In this document: positions 1 to 8,937 of the stretch, one piece after another
How the letters are laid out: the number at the start of each line of letters is the position of its first letter
Numbering within the stretch: position 1 is the stretch's first letter
Assembly: GCA_963749155.1 (NCBI GenBank)
Contig: CAVVLO010000002.1
Location: 1,280,001 to 1,344,000, forward strand
Source: an uncultured Armatimonadia bacterium
GTDB lineage: Bacteria; Armatimonadota; Zipacnadia; CAVVLO01
Direction: 5' to 3'
DNA length: 64,000 nucleotides
Notes under the pieces: generated by a model
What the model saw: the letters and a program-made list of their open reading frames with translations, nothing else
Databases searched by the model: none
Told to the model about the DNA's origin: nothing
Program-made: the position numbers and the translations under genes

Positions 1-224
1 GTGGCCTCAATCACATCATACTGGTAGTGTTCGGGCCACGCGCGCGCTGGGCCATCCTCGACCCACTGGCCATTTATAAAGACTCGGTATTGGGAATCCG
101 CCGTGATAAGTAGCCTGGCGTTTTTGATTTCGGGTAGCTCGAAGCGCTTGCGCGCCCAGATGGTTTGGTTGACAGGCTGAGGCCCTTGCCCCGCCGCCCA
201 GATCCACTTGCCTTGCCAGTTCAT
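1..224 (-). CDS. alpha-L-rhamnosidase (GH78) N-terminal part, truncated by window edge
   Basis: Not in the ORF track. Manual translation from ATG at 224 (GGAGG upstream) gives MNWQGKWIWAAG...WARKRFEL...ARLLITADSQYRVFINGQWVEDGPARAWPEHYQYD, typical of the rhamnosidase N-terminal domain. Confidence 0.75.
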   Translation of the reverse strand, partial: MNWQGKWIWAAGQGPQPVNQTIWARKRFELPEIKNARLLITADSQYRVFINGQWVEDGPARAWPEHYQYDVIEA

Positions 225-371
225 AACTCTTGCCTCCATCAAATCCAGTATGAGCCAGAAATCGCCTCGCAAGTTTCCTCGAGGTGCAGTTTACACCTGC
301 CAGGCGTGTTGCAAAGAGTACCTTGGCATATTATCCTTTACTATCACAACTGCTATCTGGAGGAACCTCGT

Positions 372-1310
372 ATGTTTTTTCTCGGTCTTGCCGTTCCCCT
401 ACTGTTTGCTGGACTAGGCGCCCAGGCGCCGGTGCCGGTTATCCTCGATACTGATATCGGCGATGACATTGACGACACCTGGGCGCTTGCGATGCTGCTC
501 GGATGCCCCCAGGCAGATTTGAAACTCATCGTTACAAGTACCAATAACACGCCCGAGAAAGCCCGCCTGGTCGGGAAGCTGTTGCAGTATATGGGCAGAG
601 AAGACATCCCCCTGGCTGTTGGCGTACAGACCAGCGATAGCAACTTCGCCCAGCAGGATTGGCTTGGCGACTGGTCGTGGGATTCGTACAAAGGCAAGGT
701 CGACGAAGACGGCGTGCAGGCGCTGGTGGACGCTATCAACCTGAGTCCCGAGCCTCCCGTGCTTATGGCAATCGGCCCTCTGACCAACCTGGCCGCCGCG
801 CTCGAGCGCGACCCTTCCATCGCCGGCAAGTGCCGAGTCGTGCTGATGGCCGGTAGCGTATATAAGGATTATGGCGGAAACGAGGGTCGCAGCGCCGAAT
901 GGAACGTCGTCTGCGACACGCCTGCCTCTCAGGCGGTCTTCTCGGCGCCCTGGGAGATAAGCATCACGCCGCTCGATACCTGTGGCCAGTTGCGGCTTGC
1001 CGGCGCCGAATACCAGGAAGTTGTCGATTCTGCCTGCCCGCGCGCCAAAGCGGTCATCGAGAACTACGAGGCCTGGGCTCATCGCCATCATCATCCTGCC
1101 GACTCAAGCAGTGTGCTCTTCGACACCGTCGCCGCCTATATGACCTTCGATGAGTCTCTGCTCAATATGGAGACAGTGAAGCTTGTCGTGGACGATAAAG
1201 GCTTCACCATCCCCGATGAGGAGAAGGGCAAACCAATCCGCTGCGCCCTCTCCTGGAAGGACGAAGCGGCCTTCCGGCGTTTGCTTATCGAGTCGCTGAC
1301 GCATAAGTAA
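372..1310 (+). CDS. nucleoside hydrolase (IU-NH family) with a signal-like N-terminus
   Basis: ILDTDIGDDIDD motif, IGPLTNLA, AEWNV and LFD motifs. Start reassigned to ATG 372 after GGAGG. Confidence 0.88.
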   Translation: MFFLGLAVPLLFAGLGAQAPVPVILDTDIGDDIDDTWALAMLLGCPQADLKLIVTSTNNTPEKARLVGKLLQYMGREDIPLAVGVQTSDSNFAQQDWLGDWSWDSYKGKVDEDGVQALVDAINLSPEPPVLMAIGPLTNLAAALERDPSIAGKCRVVLMAGSVYKDYGGNEGRSAEWNVVCDTPASQAVFSAPWEISITPLDTCGQLRLAGAEYQEVVDSACPRAKAVIENYEAWAHRHHHPADSSSVLFDTVAAYMTFDESLLNMETVKLVVDDKGFTIPDEEKGKPIRCALSWKDEAAFRRLLIESLTHK

Positions 1311-1384
1311 GAGATTACAGAACTCCCTGCCACTTAGTTTCCCTGGACAAGAAGAAGCAGGAAATATATCAGGCAGACAAAACC

Positions 1385-1413
1385 TTGACAGCAAGCCAAT
1401 ACAACCCTAGTCT
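1385..1413 (+). promoter_or_regulatory. sigma70-like promoter
   Basis: TTGACA-N17-TAGTCT upstream of the lipoprotein gene at 1480. Confidence 0.5.
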
Positions 1414-1479
1414 CAATAAGGGGTAGTCACCACCTGGGCGCAAGAGCAAAGTGCGCCTGACACCTAAGGAGGAAGAACT

Positions 1480-1984
1480 ATGACCAGATTGTTATTGCTC
1501 GCAGCCTTGATGCTGGCGCTTGTAGCGCTGGCAGGATGTTCTTTTGAAGCCAAAGTTGGAGGCGATGAACCTACCACAGGTCCACCAACTCCGCCGCCAG
1601 TTACAGAAACTGCTCCCGAAGGGCCTGCAGTTGTGACTGAACAGGTCGGCAAAGCCTATGATGAAGCCGCAGGAGAGGCCACCCAGCTTACTGCCAGCTT
1701 CGCACCGACCGACAAGGAGATCCACGTCAACGTAGGGGTCAAAGGCCTGACCACAGGTGACAAGGTCACAGGCACTCTGATGGCCAAAGCAGTTACCGAT
1801 ACCGAGGGCAACAAAGATAACCGACTATGAGGTCGCCAGTACCGAGATGGATGTGCCTGGCGCAGAATCAACTTTCCACTTCACCTTCAGCGCCCCGGAT
1901 GCGGGCTGGCCGGTGGGTACGTATGAAGTTATCCTGGCAATAGGCGGCCAGACCTTCCACACCATTGCACTAACTGTGGACTAA
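1480..1984 (+). CDS. lipoprotein with Pro/Thr linker and beta-sandwich domain (one frameshift near 1815)
   Basis: Lipobox LAGC and strong RBS. After ...GNK the coding sequence continues in another frame as DYEVASTEMD...GWPVGTYEVIL...LTVD to TAA 1984. Confidence 0.7.
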
Positions 1985-2007
1985 CTGCTTGCACGCCGAG
2001 TTAACCG

Positions 2008-2042
2008 AAGGGCGGAGCCACGATGGCTCCGCCCTTTGTTTT
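2008..2042 (+). terminator. intrinsic terminator between convergent genes
   Basis: AAGGGCGGAGCCA-CGA-TGGCTCCGCCCTT followed by TGTTTT. Confidence 0.8.
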
Positions 2043-2063
2043 AAGCCCCTGGTCGGCGCGCCC

Positions 2064-3185
2064 CTAGTCCACCTGGGGCTTCAACCTGCGAAGGAACTCG
2101 GCTGTGAGGTGGGTCAACGTGTAAGGTTCATCCTCGGGGCCGTCTTTCTCGGGATACTTGTACCAGCTCTGGACGATGTATCGGTCTGCCTGCCCACCTG
2201 AGGCGCGATACCAGTCCAGGAATTCAAGCGACCTCTCTGAGAAGGCCTGGGCTGAGGTATTGCCACCAAGGTCGCTGTTCAGCACGATGTCGAACTCCAC
2301 ATCCTGCGACTTCACGAACCGTTCCAAATCAAGCAGCCTGCTCATCCAGTCGACACTGGCAGGATCTTTGATGGGCTCCGGCCAAGGTGTGCCGTAGATA
2401 TTGTATTCACCTTTCGTGTGTTCGTAGGGACTGTCAGCGCGCACACCCGCTGGCTTCAGTCCCTCAGCCTCAAGCCGCCTGAGCACACTGCGTATCAGTG
2501 GGTAATAATCGCCCCAGAACGTCCCCCCAGGCCCGCTGCCCCAGTAGGCCATCTCGCCCTTCCAGCCCCAGTTGGGGAAGTTGGTTATCAGGACGAACTG
2601 CACCTGCGGGTACTTTTCCCGCCAGGCGCGCATATATCCGACCAACTCGTCACCAACTTTGGAGATAAGCCAGAGGCCCTTGATATCGCCATCGGGGGTC
2701 ATCCGGCCCGTGTCAGCGCCTGGATGCATCAGCCTGCGGACAGGCCCATCCAGCACCATATAATCAGGCGGTCCGTAAGATTCGATCAGGTTAACGAGCT
2801 TGGTCATCTCCTCGCTTGCGCATTTGGCTCCGACGCCTGGCTCGAGACTGGGGCGGACCTGCTCGGTTATGCCCCGAGGGTTGGCAGGACTGAAATCGAG
2901 GCTCTTCGGCTCCCAGTCAAAATAACCGCCCTCGATACCGATTTTGATGCCGGCTGCTTTCAGGTCGGTCGCGAAGGCAGCAAGCTCCGGCTTGGGGATG
3001 AGATAGGCGACCGCATTGATGTAGAGCTCCATCCCGTCCAGGTTGCGCCGTGTGAAGTCCCACTTTAGCTCCTCGGAGGTCAGCTTCTGTGGGTAGTAAT
3101 GGGCCATCCACACCTCGGGCGGGGCCGCGTTGGCAAATCCTGCCATCAGAGTCGCTCCCAGTAACCAGGCAATCATAAAACGCAC
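2064..3185 (-). CDS. secreted hypothetical protein (possible glycoside-hydrolase-like TIM barrel)
   Basis: 373 aa with signal peptide (ANA-A), aromatic-rich; 2 nt downstream of the upstream gene. Confidence 0.6.
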   Translation of the reverse strand: MRFMIAWLLGATLMAGFANAAPPEVWMAHYYPQKLTSEELKWDFTRRNLDGMELYINAVAYLIPKPELAAFATDLKAAGIKIGIEGGYFDWEPKSLDFSPANPRGITEQVRPSLEPGVGAKCASEEMTKLVNLIESYGPPDYMVLDGPVRRLMHPGADTGRMTPDGDIKGLWLISKVGDELVGYMRAWREKYPQVQFVLITNFPNWGWKGEMAYWGSGPGGTFWGDYYPLIRSVLRRLEAEGLKPAGVRADSPYEHTKGEYNIYGTPWPEPIKDPASVDWMSRLLDLERFVKSQDVEFDIVLNSDLGGNTSAQAFSERSLEFLDWYRASGGQADRYIVQSWYKYPEKDGPEDEPYTLTHLTAEFLRRLKPQVD

Positions 3186-3187
3186 GG

Positions 3188-5368
3188 CTAACCTCGCTTC
3201 ACGATGAACTCGACCTCGACCTCGGCCGGGACAGGGGTCTCCAGTCGTGGAGAAGCTTCAGTCCACGAAAGCAGATAGCGCGAGGCTGTGCCAGGCGCGA
3301 CCAGCTTTACCATGTGACGTCCTTCAGCAAGCCCACTGGTGTCCAGTTGATAGGTGTCAGTCCTCAGTCCGCTTGCGACTTCTTTCCCATCTACGAAAAG
3401 GGTGAAAGTCTCAGGCTCGAGGCCAATCCACTGCCATTTGAGCGGCAGGCTCGCATCAGCCTCGGTCAGGCGCCTTGGCGATTCCAGCACCAGGACAGTG
3501 GTCTCAGGTGTCGCCTGTTTGTAGAGGTCTATCACCGCGGCTTGCAGGTTGAGGTAGAAATAGCCCCAGCCCCCTTGAGGGCTGCGATAACCTGGGGTGT
3601 CCAGCGCAGTCGGCTCATAATCGTCGGTCAACTCGGCGCTATAGGTGTCGTAATAATTGTCTTTGTTCTCGCCATGCCCGGCGCCCTCTGCCTGCCCGGC
3701 AAATTCGTTGAACTGGTGCAGGAAGAGCACCTGTGGCTTCGCGTCCAAAGCTACTCGCATCGTCTCGAGGAAGGTCGCCCCTCCCCGCAGTCCCGCAGCG
3801 TTCGCCTTCGTCCAGCCCCCGCTGTCAAAGTACCCAAAGGCCGCTGTGACTGCTTCCGCAACGCCGTCCTTGTAAGTCACCATGGCGCCGGTATCCATCC
3901 AGCTCCACAGCCCCAGCTCATGCTCGCGTGACTTGTCGTTCTGGGCTGAAACATAGCGGAGGGTGAAATGACCCTCTGGATCCACCAGTTTGTCCTTGCC
4001 AGTCGCCATATAGGTGTGGCCCAGGTTGAGCAAGGTAACCAGTGGCTTGTCTTCAAAATCAAGCCACAGGCCTGTAAAACGCGGATTGCGGATGTAGTTG
4101 TGATACACCCAGTCCAGCATCTCATTTACCGCGCGCTCGCCGCCTTCTACATGGCTGATGCCTGCCAGCAAGGTGAACTGGGGCACTGGCAGGCCTTCTT
4201 CGCGCATCACGGCTAGCGTCTCAAGGGCCAAACTGGTCGAATGGATTATCTCATTGCAGTTCTCACCGCGCGAATCCCAGGTCGGCGAGAACCAGATATG
4301 GTTGGACCAGTCGGCCATCCAGAAGTCCGCGCCCGCTTCCATCAGCCAGATGACATGCTGACGCGTGACAGATTGGTTGTAAGACTGGTAATAGCCGATG
4401 ACCGGCACTGCCTCGGCGGTCTGCCAGAAGGGATTGCGCGGGGTGAACCAGGGCTCCCACTGGGCGCCAACCCGGTGGCCAGGATCGAGAGGCATTGCCT
4501 CGATTTGGCGGCGCAGCACCCGCACCGTGACGGTGTTGGAGACGTTGGCCTCCTCGGGCAGGAGGCTGCCGGCAAAAAGACCCATCCGCCCACTAAGGCC
4601 TGGCCATTTGTCAGGTACCGCCGCGCCGGCGTCAGGCGCGCCCAGGAGTATGACAGGTTGGCCTTCCTCCGCCAGGCTGGCCGGCCAGCCGGCCGGGGCT
4701 TCGGTAAAAGCGCGCCACTCGGTACCACTTGTCACCAGGGGTTGCTGCCCAGGGCCCCTCAACTCAAGCCGCAGCAACAATCCCGCAGGAACACCTCCAT
4801 TATGACACTCGGCCGAAAGCACATTACGCCCTGGCCTCAGCAACCGAGTGGGCACCGGCACAGCCTTCATATCGTGCCAGCCGACATACTCGTGAATCAG
4901 TTCTCCATTCAGCCACAGCTTGCCGACATCATCTACCGCGAACCATAAGTCAGCAGACTCCGGTATATCATCCAGCTCGAAGCTCTGCTGGAGGAAAACC
5001 GTCTGATTTTCGGCGAGCTCAGGCGCCCAAATCCAGCGTTCTGGCATCTGACCTGGAGCAGGCCGCGCCTGCACTAACAACTCGGTCAGACCGGGGTTTG
5101 GCAGCGGGATGTGGAAAACGGCCTTCCCTTGGGCATCAGCGTAGGCGTGGTTGCCCCAGCGCGCGCCGTTGGCATAAGGCAGCAACTCCGCGCCCACTGC
5201 AGGAGATCCGTCAGGATACCTGGCTTCGGCCATAAGGGTGATCGTCCTGCCCATCCCAACTTCGGTTTTATCAACGGTGAGGGTGACCTGGGCCGGCTCA
5301 GAGTGAACTTGCGCCAGGATTACACTGCCAATCATCAGCAAACAGAGGGTTAGGAGTACCAATTTCAT
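3188..5368 (-). CDS. secreted multidomain glycoside hydrolase-like protein (Ig-like, jelly roll, GH99/GH71-like barrel)
   Basis: Signal peptide; WIW...AVDD..LWLNG...LRPGRNVL jelly-roll motif; PVIGYYQS...RQH..L.EAGADF...DWSN and QFNEF. Confidence 0.65.
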   Translation of the reverse strand: MKLVLLTLCLLMIGSVILAQVHSEPAQVTLTVDKTEVGMGRTITLMAEARYPDGSPAVGAELLPYANGARWGNHAYADAQGKAVFHIPLPNPGLTELLVQARPAPGQMPERWIWAPELAENQTVFLQQSFELDDIPESADLWFAVDDVGKLWLNGELIHEYVGWHDMKAVPVPTRLLRPGRNVLSAECHNGGVPAGLLLRLELRGPGQQPLVTSGTEWRAFTEAPAGWPASLAEEGQPVILLGAPDAGAAVPDKWPGLSGRMGLFAGSLLPEEANVSNTVTVRVLRRQIEAMPLDPGHRVGAQWEPWFTPRNPFWQTAEAVPVIGYYQSYNQSVTRQHVIWLMEAGADFWMADWSNHIWFSPTWDSRGENCNEIIHSTSLALETLAVMREEGLPVPQFTLLAGISHVEGGERAVNEMLDWVYHNYIRNPRFTGLWLDFEDKPLVTLLNLGHTYMATGKDKLVDPEGHFTLRYVSAQNDKSREHELGLWSWMDTGAMVTYKDGVAEAVTAAFGYFDSGGWTKANAAGLRGGATFLETMRVALDAKPQVLFLHQFNEFAGQAEGAGHGENKDNYYDTYSAELTDDYEPTALDTPGYRSPQGGWGYFYLNLQAAVIDLYKQATPETTVLVLESPRRLTEADASLPLKWQWIGLEPETFTLFVDGKEVASGLRTDTYQLDTSGLAEGRHMVKLVAPGTASRYLLSWTEASPRLETPVPAEVEVEFIVKRG

Positions 5369-5570
5369 TTCGCACCTCCAGCAAGTCGTGCCTGTTGCCG
5401 CAAGGGCACAAGTCCAGGCGCGGTAAAGCCAGTGTAACGACGGATTGATTTGGCGGCAACCTGTGCGCCCCTTCTACGGCGGTATTAGCCCGGGTATTCG
5501 CTATACTAATTAGACTAAGGTCGGCAACCCAGACCTTGACTGAGGAGAGAGTCTCTCCGTGGAATCCAGA

Positions 5571-8500
5571 ATGCAGCCTAAGCAAGTGCTGCTGTATGCT
5601 GCGCTACTTTTAGTTTATCTGGTGGTCGTAGCGTTGCTGTATATAGAGCAGCGACAAGCTGCGCTTGCCCAGATAAACCTCGAGTTCAACCTTGCCGCGC
5701 GCTCTGCGCCTGGCTTGCTGGCTAGTGATTACCATGATCGTATGGCCAGGGGTGGACTGGTAAGCGATACCGAGCAGCTTCGATATAAAGCGGCTTTCTC
5801 CAGGCAAGCAGGGCAGGTCGGAGTCGATTTGCTTGCCACTCTGGTTATCACGAACAACCAGTTTACTATTGCAGCTTGTAGTGAAGGCACTCTGCGCGGG
5901 CATGGACTGGCAGGGCTGCAAGGCTGGCAGCTCTTTGATGTGGCAACTACCGGCCTCTTGCGCAACGCATATGAGGCCCCCGCCCCTGTTTTTGGTCGTC
6001 TCAGGATTATGAACAAAAACCTGCACGTTGCCCTGATTCGTGAGGTAAGTGAGCAGGGGACTTATTATCTGGCTTGTGCTGGCCAGTTTGAAGAAGCTGT
6101 AAGCGCCCGTCTCACAGGTGACTTGGTCCAGTCGCTCGCCCGGGCTATTGCCCTGCTGCTCTTCCCAATGGCGCTGCTTATTACTTATGTCAGGTCGCGC
6201 CAAAAGCTTTTCTCTCAGATCCAGCTCAAGGCGGCTGAACTTGAAGCTACCCTTGTCTCAGTACCCGACGCCTATGTCATCTACGATGCTCAGGGGCGTA
6301 TCGTCAGGATGAATCCTGAAGCCAAACGTTATTTCCGTTACGATGATACAACGGCTGGGTTGCCACTTGATGACCGGATGAGACGTATGGGGCACATCTT
6401 CCCTGAAGTCGATGCCTTGAATATCACTGAATCACCTCAATACAAGGCGCTGAAAGGTCAGTCTCTCGCCAGTGAAATTTTTTCTGTCCAGCACCCCGGC
6501 GCTGCCGAGTGCTGGCTTGAGATGACAACCTCACCCATCCTGGGCGTTGATGGCAAACCCGCAGGCGCCTTTGCGATTTTCAAAGATATTACTGAACAAC
6601 GCAACTATGAGCAGATACTGCAAAGATATCGTGTCCTCTTCGATGAGGCGCGCGACATCATCTTCCTGATGAAGCCTGATGGCAGCATACTCGAAGCAAA
6701 TCGAGCCGCCGAAGAGGCATATGGGTATACCCATCGTCAGTTCGAGAGCAAAACGGCCAGAGATCTTCGCGCGCCCGATACCAGAGACCAGGTTGATAAC
6801 CAGCTTAAACAGGCCCTTGAGACCGGGGTACTTTTCGAAACCTGGCATATGCGCCGCGACGGTTGCAGATTCCCTGTAGAAGTCAGCTCCAGGCGCATCC
6901 TGGTGCATGGCCAGCCGCTTCTGTTGTCTGTCATACGCGATATATCCGCCCGTAAAGAGGCAGAAGAAGCTCTGGCCAGGGCACGCGATTTCGCAGAATC
7001 CATTATCAACACCGCCCAGGTGTTGGTGGTGGTGCTGGATGAGACTGGCAACATCCTCCGTATCAACCCTTATGCCGCGGAACTGTGCGGTTACACGACC
7101 GAAGAGCTGGCTGGCCGCAACTGGTTCGACACAATGCTGCCTGACTATGAAAAGAAGCGAGTAACCGGCATCTTCGATGATGTAAAAACTGCAACCCAGG
7201 TTCGTCGTGGCCGGAACCCAATCAGGACCAGGAGCGGCGAAGAACGGCTTATCGAGTGGTCCAGTGTAACTCTGTCGGCAAACGAGCAAGTCGTTGGAAT
7301 ACTCTCCATCGGACAGGACATCACCGAACGACAACAGATGGAAGAGGCCCTGCTGATAAGTGAGGAACGTTACCGTGGACTGTTCGAGAATTCTCCTGTC
7401 GCGCTTTGGGAGGCTGACTTCTCCCGGGTAAAGCAGTTTGCCGATTCACTCGAGATTCCCGCGGACACCAGTGTAGCAGCCTGGCTTGCCTCCAGCGAAA
7501 ACTTCCTTGGGCAGGTTGCCCAGGGCATACACATCATAGGCGCCAACCAGGCGATGGTAGCACTGTATGGCGCCAGCAATCTTCAGGAACTGTTCAACCG
7601 GGCTGAAGAGACTTTGAGCCCGGAGCAACTTCAGGTTCACGCCTTCAATATCGCCCAGATGAGAGCTGGGCTTCAGGGAGGCGAGGAAGAAGTACTCCTA
7701 CATACCTTTGATGGAGAAGCGCGCAACGCCATTATGCGTTGGGTGGCTATGCCGGGCTATGAAGAAAATTACAAGCGAGTCCTTATATCTATTGTTAACG
7801 TCACTGAGCAGAAACGCGCTGAACAGGCTGCTCGCGACGTAGCCAGGCAATTCGAGTTGTTTATGGACCAGGTGCCTGCGTCAGTGTTTATCAAAGACGC
7901 CAACTCCGTGATGCTCTATGCCAACTCTTATCTGCGCGGTGTGCTGGGTATTGAGAACTGGATTGGTCGAGAGCCAGAGGAAGTCCTGGATGCTGAAACG
8001 GCCTCCTTGATACGCCAGGCTGATCAGGACGCGCTGCAGCTTGGCTTGTCTATGGTGGTCGAGACCCTGATAGACTTTGAGGGTAATTCCCGGTATTTCG
8101 AGACGCGCAGATTCCCCATCCACCGGGAAGAAGCAGAAGACCAGCTTGGCGGTATTGCGGTAGATGTAACCGAGCTACGCAAGGCTCAGAGCGAACTGCA
8201 TAAGCTGAACACCCAACTGGAAGAGCGAGTTGTCCAGCGCACCGAGGAACTGGCTGCGGCCAACCAGGAACTTGAAGCCTTTACCTATTCGGTATCGCAT
8301 GATCTTCGCGCGCCCTTGCGCGCCATCAACGGGTTTGCCGAGATACTGATTGAGGACTGGTCCGAGCAGGTTGATGGCGAGGTGATACGGCTGCTTAGCC
8401 AAATCAAGCAGAGTGCCGAGCAGCTCAGCCAACTGGTCGAGGACTTGCTCCGATTCTCCAGACTTGGACGCCAGTCGCTTCACAAGCTCGAGCTGGACCC

Positions 8501-8936
8501 ACTAGTGATTGTGAAAGAGGCGCTGAAGGAGCTTGCTCTCGCAACAGGTAATCTGCGCGTCAAGCTGGGCGATCTGCCAAAGTGCAAAGCCGATCCGGCG
8601 CTGCTAAGACAGGTCTATATCAATCTGCTTTCCAATGCAATCAAGTTTAGTTCTCATCAGGAAAAACCTTGCATCGAGGTAGGCGCCCAAAGCCAGGGAA
8701 AGCGCACTGTCTACTTTGTGCGCGACAAGGGAGTAGGCTTCGATATGGCCCAGGCCGAGAAGGTCTTCGGAGTTTTTCAGCGGCTACACAAGCCTGAGGA
8801 ATACGAAGGCACCGGAGTGGGTCTTGCCATCGTGTATAACATCATAAGGCGTCATGGGGGGCAGATCTGGGCTGAGGCCGAACCCGGCAAGGGCGCCTGC
8901 TTCTTTTTTACTCTGGGAGGCCGGCAGCCGCGCTAA
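5571..8936 (+). CDS. membrane-anchored multi-PAS sensor histidine kinase
   Basis: Two TM segments, about 5 PAS/PAC repeats, H-box SVSHDLRAPL, NLLSNAIKF, DKGVGF, GTGVGL. Confidence 0.93.
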   Translation: MQPKQVLLYAALLLVYLVVVALLYIEQRQAALAQINLEFNLAARSAPGLLASDYHDRMARGGLVSDTEQLRYKAAFSRQAGQVGVDLLATLVITNNQFTIAACSEGTLRGHGLAGLQGWQLFDVATTGLLRNAYEAPAPVFGRLRIMNKNLHVALIREVSEQGTYYLACAGQFEEAVSARLTGDLVQSLARAIALLLFPMALLITYVRSRQKLFSQIQLKAAELEATLVSVPDAYVIYDAQGRIVRMNPEAKRYFRYDDTTAGLPLDDRMRRMGHIFPEVDALNITESPQYKALKGQSLASEIFSVQHPGAAECWLEMTTSPILGVDGKPAGAFAIFKDITEQRNYEQILQRYRVLFDEARDIIFLMKPDGSILEANRAAEEAYGYTHRQFESKTARDLRAPDTRDQVDNQLKQALETGVLFETWHMRRDGCRFPVEVSSRRILVHGQPLLLSVIRDISARKEAEEALARARDFAESIINTAQVLVVVLDETGNILRINPYAAELCGYTTEELAGRNWFDTMLPDYEKKRVTGIFDDVKTATQVRRGRNPIRTRSGEERLIEWSSVTLSANEQVVGILSIGQDITERQQMEEALLISEERYRGLFENSPVALWEADFSRVKQFADSLEIPADTSVAAWLASSENFLGQVAQGIHIIGANQAMVALYGASNLQELFNRAEETLSPEQLQVHAFNIAQMRAGLQGGEEEVLLHTFDGEARNAIMRWVAMPGYEENYKRVLISIVNVTEQKRAEQAARDVARQFELFMDQVPASVFIKDANSVMLYANSYLRGVLGIENWIGREPEEVLDAETASLIRQADQDALQLGLSMVVETLIDFEGNSRYFETRRFPIHREEAEDQLGGIAVDVTELRKAQSELHKLNTQLEERVVQRTEELAAANQELEAFTYSVSHDLRAPLRAINGFAEILIEDWSEQVDGEVIRLLSQIKQSAEQLSQLVEDLLRFSRLGRQSLHKLELDPLVIVKEALKELALATGNLRVKLGDLPKCKADPALLRQVYINLLSNAIKFSSHQEKPCIEVGAQSQGKRTVYFVRDKGVGFDMAQAEKVFGVFQRLHKPEEYEGTGVGLAIVYNIIRRHGGQIWAEAEPGKGACFFFTLGGRQPR

Positions 8937-8937
8937 C

